Shown piece by piece: positions 1 to 8,884 of a stretch of 64,000 bases of DNA. Each line of letters begins with the position of its first letter. The first letter of the stretch is position 1. Under the pieces are notes generated by a model. It was not told where the DNA came from and made no database searches. It saw only the letters and a list, made by a program, of their open reading frames with translations. The translations under genes were made by a program, and so were the position numbers. Origin of the DNA: Alphaproteobacteria bacterium (GTDB lineage: Bacteria > Pseudomonadota > Alphaproteobacteria > SHVV01); contig OZ253470.1 of the NCBI GenBank assembly GCA_965261735.1, positions 2,208,001-2,272,000 on the forward strand. The letters are read 5' to 3'.

Positions 1-51
1 GGTGCCCAGGACGACCGCGATTTGCGGCTTGCCCATGCTTTGATCGGTCAT
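1..51 (-). CDS. 5' end of a CDS running off the window (MTDQSMGKPQIAVVLGT...), possibly a Rossmann-fold/SDR oxidoreductase
   Basis: ATG at 51-49 with a GGGAGGA RBS upstream; hydrophobic beta-strand followed by Gly resembles the start of a dinucleotide-binding fold. Confidence 0.4.
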   Translation of the reverse strand, partial: MTDQSMGKPQIAVVLGT

Positions 52-133
52 CGTGAGTGTCCTCCCTTCAATCAATCGATCCAATGTCCTCGCTCCGTCG
101 CCGGGTAACCGCGGCGGGCTGTGCCGCTGAGAG

Positions 134-666
134 CTAGCGAAGGAAGACCGCGAACGGGACCGCGTAGGTGAGCGTGAGCGCTTCGGTGCCGGGGTTGCGG
201 TCGTCGAGGCCCGCGTTCGAGGTGTGGCTGAAGCTTAACCCGACGCGGGCGCGGGAATCGAAGCGGTAGGCGAGCTCGATCTGCGAGCGGAACTCGACGG
301 CGTGGCCCAAATCCTTGCCGGCGCCGTCGTGATAGAGCCCGACGGCGAAGCTCGGGCTCGCCACCAGGCGGCGGCCGAAGAAGACGTCGACGAGCACCCC
401 GCCGTAGCCGTAGACCGCCGAATCGCTCGTGATGGCGAGCCCGGAAAACGGCTTGAAAAACCACAGCCGGATGTCGGAGCGGTACTTGAGCCGAACCTCC
501 GCCGCCTCCTCGTTGTCGTTGACGTCGAAGCCGCCGAGGCTGAAGGCGAGGAAATCGGGATCGTCGGCCCGCGCCGGCGATACCAGCAACAGAGCCGCCG
601 CGAGCACTACAAGCGCCGGGGGGGGGCCGCTCGCGCGCGACGCCCTCTATCGCTGTTGGACCGCAT
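134..666 (-). CDS. Acyloxyacyl hydrolase / lipid A 3-O-deacylase (PagL-like) outer-membrane beta-barrel; 5' end out of frame at a G9 tract
   Basis: SHTSNAG...NPG motif, EFRSQIEL strand and C-terminal aromatic pattern. The RBS-preceded ATG at 666 is 59 nt from the in-frame GTG at 607; adding one G at 618-626 restores a full signal peptide. Confidence 0.75.
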
Positions 667-788
667 GACCCCTCCCGTTTGCCGCGCCCCTCGGCGGCGG
701 GGAGTGTAGTGGAAGCGCGAGGGGGCGCAAAGTAGCGCCAAGCGGCGGAGCCGGCGCGGGCCGCGCGGGCTCCGCGGGCGGTGATATA

Positions 789-1586
789 GTGAGCACCATG
801 ACGCACCGGCGAGCCCTCGTGGCCGGCCTCGCCATCCTGTTGTGGCTCCTGCCGGCGGTGACGCCGGACGCGGCGGAGGCCGACACCACGGCGGGCGCGA
901 CCGTGGCCGAGGTGGTGGACGGCGATACCCTGATCCTCGCCGACGGCACCGAGGTCCGGCTCGTCGGCATTCAGGCCCCCAAGCTGCCGCTCGGGCGCAA
1001 GGGCTTCCGCGCGCAGCCGCTGGCCGAGGAGGCCCGCGCGGCGCTCGCGCGCCTGACGGCGGGGCGCGAGCTCGCGCTGTCCTACGGCGGCGCCGAGATC
1101 GACCGCCACGGCCGGGCGCTCGCCCACCTCCACGACGAGGCCGGCACCTGGATTCAGGGAGCGCTGCTGAGCCTCGGCCTCGCCCGCGTCTACACCTTCC
1201 GCGACAACCGCGCCCACGTCCCGGCGATGCTCGCGCTCGAGCGGGCGGCGCGGGAGGACGGGCGCGGCATCTGGCGCCACGCCTACTACCGGGTGCGCAG
1301 CGTAGACGCCAGCGCCGACCATATCGGCAGCTTCCAGATCGTCGAGGGCCTTGTGCTCGATGCCGCCGTCGTGCGCGGCCGCGCCTACCTCAATTTCGGC
1401 CCCGACTACAGGACCGACTTCACCGTCACGATCGCGCCGCGTGATCGCCGCGTCTTCACCGCCGCCGGCATCGACCCGCTCGCCTACGAGGGCCGGCGTA
1501 TCCGGGTGAGGGGCTGGCTCAAGTCCTATAACGGGCCGGTGATCGATGCGACCCATCCCGAGCAGATCGAGGTGCTCGGCGAATGA
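789..1586 (+). CDS. Thermonuclease (SNase) family secreted protein with a C-terminal OB-like domain
   Basis: Signal peptide; VVDGDT, VRLVGIQAP, DRHGRALAH and GLARVY motifs. Confidence 0.9.
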   Translation: MSTMTHRRALVAGLAILLWLLPAVTPDAAEADTTAGATVAEVVDGDTLILADGTEVRLVGIQAPKLPLGRKGFRAQPLAEEARAALARLTAGRELALSYGGAEIDRHGRALAHLHDEAGTWIQGALLSLGLARVYTFRDNRAHVPAMLALERAAREDGRGIWRHAYYRVRSVDASADHIGSFQIVEGLVLDAAVVRGRAYLNFGPDYRTDFTVTIAPRDRRVFTAAGIDPLAYEGRRIRVRGWLKSYNGPVIDATHPEQIEVLGE

Positions 1587-3034
1587 GGGGGCTTTTGCGC
1601 GCGTTCGCCCTGGCCGCCGCCGTGCTGCTCGCAGGTTGCACGGAGATCAACCCGGCGACCGGGCGCGAGGGCTTCACCCTGTTCATGCCGCCGGCCGAGG
1701 AGGCCCGCGTCGGCGCCGAGGAGCACCCCAAGGTCGTCGCGCGCTTCGGCGGCGTCCACGACGATACCGAGCTCGGCGCCTACGTCGCCGGCATCGGCGG
1801 CCGCCTCGGGCATCATGCCGCGCCGAACGGCTCGCAATTTCGCTTCACCGTGCTCAACAGCCCGGTCGTCAACGCCTTCGCCTTGCCCGGCGGCTACGTC
1901 TACGTGACCCGCGGGCTCGTCGCCCTGGCCAACAGCGAGGCCGAACTCGCCGGAGTGCTGGCCCACGAGATCGGCCACGTTACCGCCCGTCACACGGCCG
2001 AGCGCTATAGCCGCGCCGTCGTCACCCAGCTCGGCACGGCGCTGCTCGGCGCGATCGTCCAGAGCCGCGAGCTCGCCCAGCTCGCCAATATCGGCGGCGA
2101 GCTTTATCTCGCCGGCTTCTCGCGCGAGCAGGAGTTCGAGGCCGACCAGCTCGGCGTGCGCTACCTCCAGAGTACCGGCTACGATGCGGCCGCAGAGGCG
2201 CGCTTCCTCGAAAGCCTGATCCTCGAGAAGGAGCTCGCGAACAAGATCGCCGGGGCCGAGGGCCGCGAGCCCGAGGCGGCCTTCTTCTCGACCCATCCGC
2301 GCACGCCCGAGCGGGTGGCGCGGGCCATCGCAGCCGCCGGCGGCGATGGCGGCGGGCAGGTTCGGCGCGATGCGTACCTCGGCCGCATCGACGGCCTGCT
2401 GTTCGGCGACGACGCGGCCCAGGGCTTCGTGCGCGGGCGCGCGTTCTTCCACCCGGTCAAGGGCTTCGCCTTCGAGGTGCCACCCAGCTTCCGCCTGTTC
2501 AACACCGCCCGTCGCCTCATCGCCAAGGGCCCGCAAGGCGCGCTCATCGTGCTCGATGACGCCGGGCCCAAGACACATCCGGACGTCCTCGCCTATCTCA
2601 CCCGCGTGTGGGCGCCGAGGCTCGGCTTGCGCGAGGTCGAGCGGCTCGATATCAACGGCTTCGCGGCGGCGACCGGGTTCACCCGGGTCGCCACCGCCGG
2701 CGGTACGCGCGACCTTAGGCTGATCGCGATCCGGTTCCGGCCCGACACCATCCTGCGCCTGCAGTTCGCGACGCCGCCCGCGCTCACGGCGCGGCTGTCC
2801 GAGGATCTGCGCCGCACCACCTACAGCTTCCGCGCGCTCGGCGCGCGCGAGGCGGCTGCGCTCAAGCCGCTTAGGATCAGGGTGGTGAGGGTGGCGCCCG
2901 GCGATACGGTGGCGAGCCTGGCCGCGCGCATGCGCTACGACGACTTACGCCTCGAGCGCTTCACCGCGCTCAACCGGCTCAACGCCGGTGTCGCGCTCGA
3001 GCCCGGCGAGCGCGTGAAGCTGGTGGTCCAATGA
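1583..3034 (+). CDS. M48 family zinc metalloprotease lipoprotein with C-terminal LysM-like domain
   Basis: LAGC lipobox, NAFALPGG, HEIGH zinc motif, EFEADQLG, STHP, and C-terminal VAPGDTVASLA. Confidence 0.92.
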   Translation: MRGLLRAFALAAAVLLAGCTEINPATGREGFTLFMPPAEEARVGAEEHPKVVARFGGVHDDTELGAYVAGIGGRLGHHAAPNGSQFRFTVLNSPVVNAFALPGGYVYVTRGLVALANSEAELAGVLAHEIGHVTARHTAERYSRAVVTQLGTALLGAIVQSRELAQLANIGGELYLAGFSREQEFEADQLGVRYLQSTGYDAAAEARFLESLILEKELANKIAGAEGREPEAAFFSTHPRTPERVARAIAAAGGDGGGQVRRDAYLGRIDGLLFGDDAAQGFVRGRAFFHPVKGFAFEVPPSFRLFNTARRLIAKGPQGALIVLDDAGPKTHPDVLAYLTRVWAPRLGLREVERLDINGFAAATGFTRVATAGGTRDLRLIAIRFRPDTILRLQFATPPALTARLSEDLRRTTYSFRALGAREAAALKPLRIRVVRVAPGDTVASLAARMRYDDLRLERFTALNRLNAGVALEPGERVKLVVQ

Positions 3035-3642
3035 TGGTGAGACCGAGCGCCGCGGCCGCCGCCGTGCCGGCTCGCATCCTCGATGCGGTGCTCGCGCGCG
3101 CCGCCGAGGTCGGCTGGGCGCGCGTGCGACTCCACGAGGCTGCTCGCTCGCTCGGCATCGGGCTCGATGAGGTTTATCGCCATTACGCCGACCTCGACGC
3201 CGTCGGCGAGGCGCTCCTAGCGCGCGCCGACGTCGCCATGCTGGCGCTCGCCGAGGAGCCCGGATTCGCCCATCTGCCGGTGCGCGACCGCCTGCACCTC
3301 CTGATCGCGTGTTGGCTCGATTCGCTGGCCCCGCACCGCGCCGCGGTCGCCGCCTTCCTCGGCTACAAGTTCCGTCCGGCCCATGTTCACATGCGGCGCG
3401 CCCTGATCGTGCGCCTGTCACGCACCGTACAATGGCTGCGCGCGGCCGCCGGGCTCGATGCCGCCGGCCGGCGCAAGGACCTCGAGGAGGTCGGCCTCAG
3501 CCTCTTGTTCGTCGCCACGGTGCTGCGCTGGCTCGGTGATCGTTCGGAGGACCAGGAACGCACCCGCCGCTTTCTCGAGGCGCGCCTGGCGGCCGCCGAT
3601 ACGGTGATGGCGCTACTGTGGCCGCCGCGCGGCGAGCCATAG
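3031..3642 (+). CDS. TetR/COQ9-like helix-turn-helix protein
   Basis: N-terminal HTH (ILDAVLARAAEVGW...VYRHY); overlaps the upstream stop codon. Confidence 0.7.
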   Translation: MMVRPSAAAAAVPARILDAVLARAAEVGWARVRLHEAARSLGIGLDEVYRHYADLDAVGEALLARADVAMLALAEEPGFAHLPVRDRLHLLIACWLDSLAPHRAAVAAFLGYKFRPAHVHMRRALIVRLSRTVQWLRAAAGLDAAGRRKDLEEVGLSLLFVATVLRWLGDRSEDQERTRRFLEARLAAADTVMALLWPPRGEP

Positions 3643-3659
3643 ATCGGGAGGGCGGTGCG

Positions 3660-4136
3660 ATGAGGCTCTATCTCGTGCGACACGGCGAAGCGGAGCAGGC
3701 GTCGGGCGATCCGGACCCGCCGCTCAGCGCGCGCGGGAGCGAGGACGTGAGGCGCCTGGCCGCCTTCCTCGGCGACGGCGTTCGCGTTGTGCGCGTCCTC
3801 CACAGCGGCAAGCGGCGCGCGCGCCAGACGGCCGAGCTGCTCGGCGCCACCTTGGCGCCCGGAATCGCGGCCGAGGAGATAGCCGGGCTCGCTCCCAACG
3901 ACGACACCTATGCGGTCGCACGGGACATCAAATCGTGGCACGAGGACACGCTGATCGCCGGCCACCTGCCCTATATGGGCCGGCTGGTCGCCTGCCTCGT
4001 CGCCGGGACGGAGGCGGGCGCGCTCGTAACCTATCCGCCCGGCGCCGTCGTTTGCCTCGAGCGCGCGGGCGGCGCGGGCTGGGTCATCTGCTGGGCGTTG
4101 TCGCCGGAGCTTTTGGGTCCGAGTGCCGGACCCTAA
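3660..4136 (+). CDS. sixA: Phosphohistidine phosphatase SixA
   Basis: MRLYLVRHGEA, SGKRRARQTA and AGHLP motifs; RBS before ATG at 3660. Confidence 0.88.
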   Translation: MRLYLVRHGEAEQASGDPDPPLSARGSEDVRRLAAFLGDGVRVVRVLHSGKRRARQTAELLGATLAPGIAAEEIAGLAPNDDTYAVARDIKSWHEDTLIAGHLPYMGRLVACLVAGTEAGALVTYPPGAVVCLERAGGAGWVICWALSPELLGPSAGP

Positions 4137-5020
4137 TGGACGACGAGGCCGACCGCGGCCGGATCGCCGACGCGACGTGTGATCGATTCGCGCAGCTTGC
4201 CGAGCGCCTCCTGTTCGATCTGGCGCACCCGTTCCTTGCTGATGCCGAGGCGCAGGCCGAGCGCGGCCAGGGTCAGGCCCTTGTCGCGCAGGCGACGCTC
4301 GCGAATGATCGTCTGCTCGCGCTGGCTGAGCTCGCTCACCGCGGCTTCGAGCCAGCCTGCCCGAACCTCGGCCTCGAGGCGCGCGATCGTGGCCTCCTCG
4401 GGCGAAGGTGATTCATCGACCAGCAGATCCTGCCACTCGCTCTCGCCGAAGCCGCCGACCAGGTCGTTGAGCGACTTGTCGCTGGCGGCGAGGCGCGCGT
4501 CCATCGCGCCGACGTCGCGCTCCGGGACGCTCAGGGCGCGCGCGATCTCCGCCCGCCCCTCGGTACCGAGATAGCCGGCGTGCGCGCCATCGATGCGGGC
4601 GCGCAGGCGTCGCAGGTTGAAGAACAGCGACTTCTGGGTCGCGGTCGTGCCGGTGCGCACGATCGACCAGTTGCGCAGCACGAACTCCTGGATTGCCGAA
4701 CGGATCCACCAGCTGGCGTAGGTCGAGAAGCGCACCCTGCGCTCGGGTTCGAATCGCGCCGCCGCCTGCATGAGGCCGACGTTGCCCTCCTGCACCAGGT
4801 CGCCGAGCGGCAGGCCGTAGCCGCGAAAGCGCGTCGCCGTGCTGACCACGAGCCGGATGTAGGCGGTGACGAGCGCGTGCAAGGCGTCCTCGTCGCCGTG
4901 GTCGCGCCACCGTCGCGCGAGCTCGAACTCGCGCTCCTCGGCCAGCATCTCGCTCTTCATGGCGCGCCGGATAAAGCGCCGGTTGGCGAGTTGGGTATCG
5001 CGGGTATCGATGTAGCCCAT
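4133..5020 (-). CDS. rpoH: RNA polymerase sigma-32 factor (alphaproteobacterial RpoH2-like paralog)
   Basis: DLVQEGNVGLM, RFSTYASWWIR, RpoH box QKSLFFNLRR and ISKERVRQIE. Confidence 0.92.
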   Translation of the reverse strand: MGYIDTRDTQLANRRFIRRAMKSEMLAEEREFELARRWRDHGDEDALHALVTAYIRLVVSTATRFRGYGLPLGDLVQEGNVGLMQAAARFEPERRVRFSTYASWWIRSAIQEFVLRNWSIVRTGTTATQKSLFFNLRRLRARIDGAHAGYLGTEGRAEIARALSVPERDVGAMDARLAASDKSLNDLVGGFGESEWQDLLVDESPSPEEATIARLEAEVRAGWLEAAVSELSQREQTIIRERRLRDKGLTLAALGLRLGISKERVRQIEQEALGKLRESITRRVGDPAAVGLVVH

Positions 5021-5202
5021 GGCACGGTCCTACGGCCTCGCCGCCAGGGCGCGACCAGTAAGCATTATATCTGATCGAATATAACGCTCGTCAAGTGGCC
5101 ACCCGGCCGGTTTGGGCGCGTGGCCGCCCGAAAGGCGAGGGCACTCCTTGTCGGACCGGTTTAGAATGCCGCTACTTGGTCCCTGCAACGGGAGGAGAGG
5201 GC

Positions 5203-5556
5203 ATGACCAGCGCCATCGACGTTGTGCGCGCGTACCACGACGCGTTCTCAAAAAAAGACCTCACGGCGCTCCGTGCGGTCTTGAGCGACGACTTCACGTT
5301 TCACGGACCCATGATGACGGCGGCGAGCGGCGATGAGTTCGTCAGCCAATTCGAGCATTTTCCGTTCACCATGCAATTCGACAGCTCGCGCATGATAGTC
5401 GACGGCGACAATGTCGCGCACCTATTCGATTTCGTCGTGATCGCACCGGCGGAGGGGCGCGTTCGGATGTGTGAGTGCTTCGAGGTCAAGGACGGGAAGA
5501 TCAAGTCCTCCGAGCTCTATTTCGATCCCGCGACCTTCCCCAATCCCGAGGCCTAA
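5203..5556 (+). CDS. Nuclear transport factor 2 / SnoaL-like protein
   Basis: VVRAYHDAF...DDFTFHGP...VKDGKI pattern; GGAGGAGAGG RBS. Confidence 0.8.
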   Translation: MTSAIDVVRAYHDAFSKKDLTALRAVLSDDFTFHGPMMTAASGDEFVSQFEHFPFTMQFDSSRMIVDGDNVAHLFDFVVIAPAEGRVRMCECFEVKDGKIKSSELYFDPATFPNPEA

Positions 5557-5559
5557 GCG

Positions 5560-5889
5560 ATGGCGTTCGACGAGGGCCTCGCCACGCGGGTGCGCGAGCA
5601 ACTCGCGGCCCGTATCGATATCGACGAGCGCAAGATGTTCGGCGGCCTCACCTTCATGCTGGCCGGGAACATGTGCTGCGGTGTCGCCAAGGACGAGCTC
5701 ATGGTGCGCGTCGGAGTGGAGCGCGAGGCCGAGGCCCTCGGCGATCGCCATGCCCGTCCCTGCGACTTCACCGGCCGGCCGATGACGGGCCTGGTCACGG
5801 TCTCGACCGAGGGCTTCCGCACCGACGCCAACTTACAGAAGTGGGTCGAGATGGCGGTGGCCTTCGCCTTGTCATTGCCGCCTAAGTGA
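5560..5889 (+). CDS. TfoX/Sxy N-terminal domain protein
   Basis: MAFDEGLATRVR, ERKMFGGLTFM and DFTGRPMTG motifs. Confidence 0.88.
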   Translation: MAFDEGLATRVREQLAARIDIDERKMFGGLTFMLAGNMCCGVAKDELMVRVGVEREAEALGDRHARPCDFTGRPMTGLVTVSTEGFRTDANLQKWVEMAVAFALSLPPK

Positions 5890-5905
5890 GGCGCGGCGCC
5901 GCCGC

Positions 5906-6712
5906 TCACACCTCGATGGCGTCGACGCGGGTGCCTTCGAGGTCGAAGCAGGCCGCCATGAGGGGCCCGCCGAAACCGGCGCCCGCGTCGATGGAGGCGG
6001 TGAAGGCGGTTTCCGCTGGTCCCCGGTGGAGCCGGTCGTAGCCGCGCACGACGCGGCGGAAGCCCGCGTAGGGCTCGGCGATGTCGGCGAAGTAGCCGCT
6101 GCCCCACCACAGCGTGTCACCCTGTTCCGTGAGCGGCCGGCCGGGATCGATACCGGCGTGGAGGAACAACAGCTCGCCGCCTTCGGTGTAGGCCGCCCGG
6201 CGTAGGGCGTACAACAGGTCGTCGTGGCCGGGATGGCTGTGCATCGCCGCCCGGGTCTCGCTCGTCCAGCGCGTCGTCGCCAATGCGCCTTCACGAAAGC
6301 GCGAGCGCGCCGCATCGGCATTCCCGCCATAAGCCATGAGCGTGGCCGCAACGCCCTGGGTCATCATCCAGTCGAAGACCTCGCTCGGCCCGACGGCGAA
6401 CTGGAGCTGCAGCAGCTTGTGCCACATCTCCTCCTGGGCGCCCCGCAGGTACACGATGTCCTCGCTCTCCATGCCGGGCAGGGTCAGGATAAGGCGGCGA
6501 AAGCGGACGAGCGCGTCGAGCGTCGCGCAGATGTGCTCGCCGCGGCCGAGGTAGTTGCCGAGATAGACGAGCCGGTCGCCGCGCTCGAAACGCTCGCCGA
6601 CCGCCTCTTGCAGGGCTTCGAGCCGCGCCGCCTCGCCGTGGACGGCGGCGACCGCCCACACCCGGCGCGCCGCGGTCAGGACGGCGAAGCGTTCGTCGCT
6701 GGCATCAGCCAT
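5906..6712 (-). CDS. Calcineurin-like metallophosphoesterase homolog with degenerate metal-binding motifs
   Basis: AAVHG / GNYLGRG / RGAQEEM / FLHAGI / SIDAGAG align in spacing to the GDIHG / GDYIDRG / RGNHE / FVHAG / DTG motifs. Confidence 0.75.
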   Translation of the reverse strand: MADASDERFAVLTAARRVWAVAAVHGEAARLEALQEAVGERFERGDRLVYLGNYLGRGEHICATLDALVRFRRLILTLPGMESEDIVYLRGAQEEMWHKLLQLQFAVGPSEVFDWMMTQGVAATLMAYGGNADAARSRFREGALATTRWTSETRAAMHSHPGHDDLLYALRRAAYTEGGELLFLHAGIDPGRPLTEQGDTLWWGSGYFADIAEPYAGFRRVVRGYDRLHRGPAETAFTASIDAGAGFGGPLMAACFDLEGTRVDAIEV

Positions 6713-6798
6713 GGCGTTGTCCGCAAAGCCTTGAAGTCGCGAAAATTTGGGCTCGGTGAGCGTTCACCCGCAACGTGGGCGCGCGCCGGTGCCCTGGA

Positions 6799-7296
6799 TC
6801 ACGCGGCGCGCAGGACCTTTTCCAGCCGCTCCGTGGCCACGTCCTCGTCGATCTGCTCGACCGCGGCGAGCTCCCGCGCGAGGCGGTCGAGCGCGGCGTC
6901 GTAGAGCTGACGCTCGCTGTAGGACTGGTCCGACTGGCCGGCGCCGCGGTGCAAATCGCGGATCACCTCGGCGATCGATACCGGACTGCCCGAGTTGATC
7001 TTCGCCTCATATTCCTGCGCCCGGCGGCTCCACATGGTGCGTTTCACCCGGGCGCGGCCCTTGAGCGTCGCCAATGCCGACTGCATCTCATCGCGCGTGC
7101 TCAGCTTACGCATGCCGCTGCTGGCCGCCTTGGCGATCGGAACCCTCAAGGTCATGCGGTCCTTTTCGAACTCGACCACGAAGACGCGCAGCTTGGTGCC
7201 CGAAAACTCCCTATCCTCGACCCCGCTGATCACACCCACGCCATGACTTGGATAGACCACGTAGTCGTTGGTCGAGAATTGTGATTCTTTCGACAT
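6799..7296 (-). CDS. carD: CarD family transcriptional regulator
   Basis: VVYPSHGVG, MTLRVP, WSRRAQEYEAKINSG and QSYSERQLY. Confidence 0.95.
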   Translation of the reverse strand: MSKESQFSTNDYVVYPSHGVGVISGVEDREFSGTKLRVFVVEFEKDRMTLRVPIAKAASSGMRKLSTRDEMQSALATLKGRARVKRTMWSRRAQEYEAKINSGSPVSIAEVIRDLHRGAGQSDQSYSERQLYDAALDRLARELAAVEQIDEDVATERLEKVLRAA

Positions 7297-7588
7297 TCTT
7301 CCGTTCTCACCCGAAACGCTGGCTTCCCGACAACACGAACCATCCCAACGCACCGCCTGGGTGCGCTCCCGATGGAACCCCCTTGAGGCTAACTCGCTCC
7401 AGGACGCGAGGACCGATACGGCGCGCGGGCCCTGCTCAACCCGCCCAAACGACCATCACCACGATGGCAGCCACCATACCACAAGACCGGGGCAAATCCT
7501 AGCCCCAGCGTGCCTTATCGACGCTCGGACGGTGTCAGAACGCGGCCAACGGGTGGCCCGAGCGGGCGGCCTCGCCGGCCCTAGAAGA

Positions 7589-7927
7589 TCAATTCGCCGC
7601 GCCGGGATTGGCGTTGAAGTATTTCTCGAACTTGTCTTTCTCGTCCTTGAAGTCGTCGGCGTCCCCCGGCGGCTCGCCTTTGCGCGTGATATTGGGCCAC
7701 TTCTCCGCATACTCGCGGTTGATCTCGACCCAGCGCTCGAGCCCCTCGTCGGTATCGGGAACGATGGCCTCCACCGGGCACTCGGGTTCGCAGACGCCGC
7801 AATCGATGCATTCGTCGGGGTGGATGACGAGCATGTTCTCGCCCACATAGAAGCAGTCCACGGGGCACACCTCGATACAGTCCATGTACTTGCACTTAAT
7901 GCACTCTTCCTTGACCACGTACGTCAT
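7589..7927 (-). CDS. fdxA: 7Fe ferredoxin FdxA
   Basis: [18 protein letters not shown] and [12 protein letters not shown]; usual synteny with carD. Confidence 0.96.
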   Translation of the reverse strand: MTYVVKEECIKCKYMDCIEVCPVDCFYVGENMLVIHPDECIDCGVCEPECPVEAIVPDTDEGLERWVEINREYAEKWPNITRKGEPPGDADDFKDEKDKFEKYFNANPGAAN

Positions 7928-7972
7928 CGCACCCTCTTTGACCCTGGGCCCTGGCGGCGTCCAGGGCGTAAG

Positions 7973-8458
7973 TTAGTGTCGCTGCCCGGCCGAGGCAAGG
8001 CGCGCGGCGACGCGTTTCTGGGCCGCGCCGCGCTCGCGGTCCGACACGTAAATGAGGCCGCCGATGCGGCGCAACAGGTTGGCCTCGAAAGCATCGACCC
8101 GGCCGTCCGCGTAGACGACCTCCCACAACATCTCCATGAGCTCGATGCGCTCGGCGTGGTCGAAGTTCTCCTTGATGGCGCGGGTGAAGCGGACCAGGTC
8201 GTGGGCATCTCGCTGCACGCGGTGCGCCGCCTCAATGAGGCTCGCGGCCTCGCCGTCAGAGAGCTCGAAGCGGCGCCGAACGATATCGAGGATGGCATCC
8301 TGCTCGGCGGCCTCGAAGCTCTCGTCGATGTAGGCCGCCTCGACGAGCAATGCGGCCGCGGCGAGGTGCTTACCGCTGGGGCCGCCCTCGGCCGCCGCAA
8401 CTTCGGGTTCGACCGCGAACAACGCCTTGATGCGGTTGATCATGGCGTTGCCTACCAT
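7973..8458 (-). CDS. TerB family tellurite-resistance-like protein
   Basis: AAAALLVEAAYID and LWEVVYADG...EANLLRRIGGL. Confidence 0.85.
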   Translation of the reverse strand: MVGNAMINRIKALFAVEPEVAAAEGGPSGKHLAAAALLVEAAYIDESFEAAEQDAILDIVRRRFELSDGEAASLIEAAHRVQRDAHDLVRFTRAIKENFDHAERIELMEMLWEVVYADGRVDAFEANLLRRIGGLIYVSDRERGAAQKRVAARLASAGQRH

Positions 8459-8503
8459 GGCCCCGACGCAGCCGCAACCGAGGCCGGCGTAAGCGCGGAG
8501 AGG

Positions 8504-8884
8504 TCAGTCCGAGCGGCGCCGGCCGAGGGTTTGGGCTTGCCGTCTCGCCGTAGCTGCGTGGCGCCCACCCCAGGGGCCCGGCGCCGGGGCGGCGGCCGCC
8601 GCGGGCGGGCAACGTTCACCGGGCGGCGTCAGGTCGGCATAGAGGGTACGGGCCTCGCTCGCCGGGCCGCGGCGCGTGGCGAGCGCGACGATTCGCACGA
8701 CGCAAAGGCGCTCCCCCTTCACGAAGGTGAGCACGTCGCCGACCCGCACGAGATGGTGGGCCTTGGCCACGACGTTGCGGTTGAGGCGCAGGCCCCGGCC
8801 GCTACAGGCGCGGCTCGCGAGCGAGCGACTCTTGAAGAAGCGGGCGTGCCATAGCCACTTGTCGAGGCGCGCCGCTTCGCTCAT
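8504..8884 (-). CDS. RNA-binding S4 domain protein (Hsp15/HslR-like)
   Basis: RLDKWLWHARFFKSRSLA...RRGPASEARTLY. Confidence 0.9.
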   Translation of the reverse strand: MSEAARLDKWLWHARFFKSRSLASRACSGRGLRLNRNVVAKAHHLVRVGDVLTFVKGERLCVVRIVALATRRGPASEARTLYADLTPPGERCPPAAAAAPAPGPWGGRHAATARRQAQTLGRRRSD

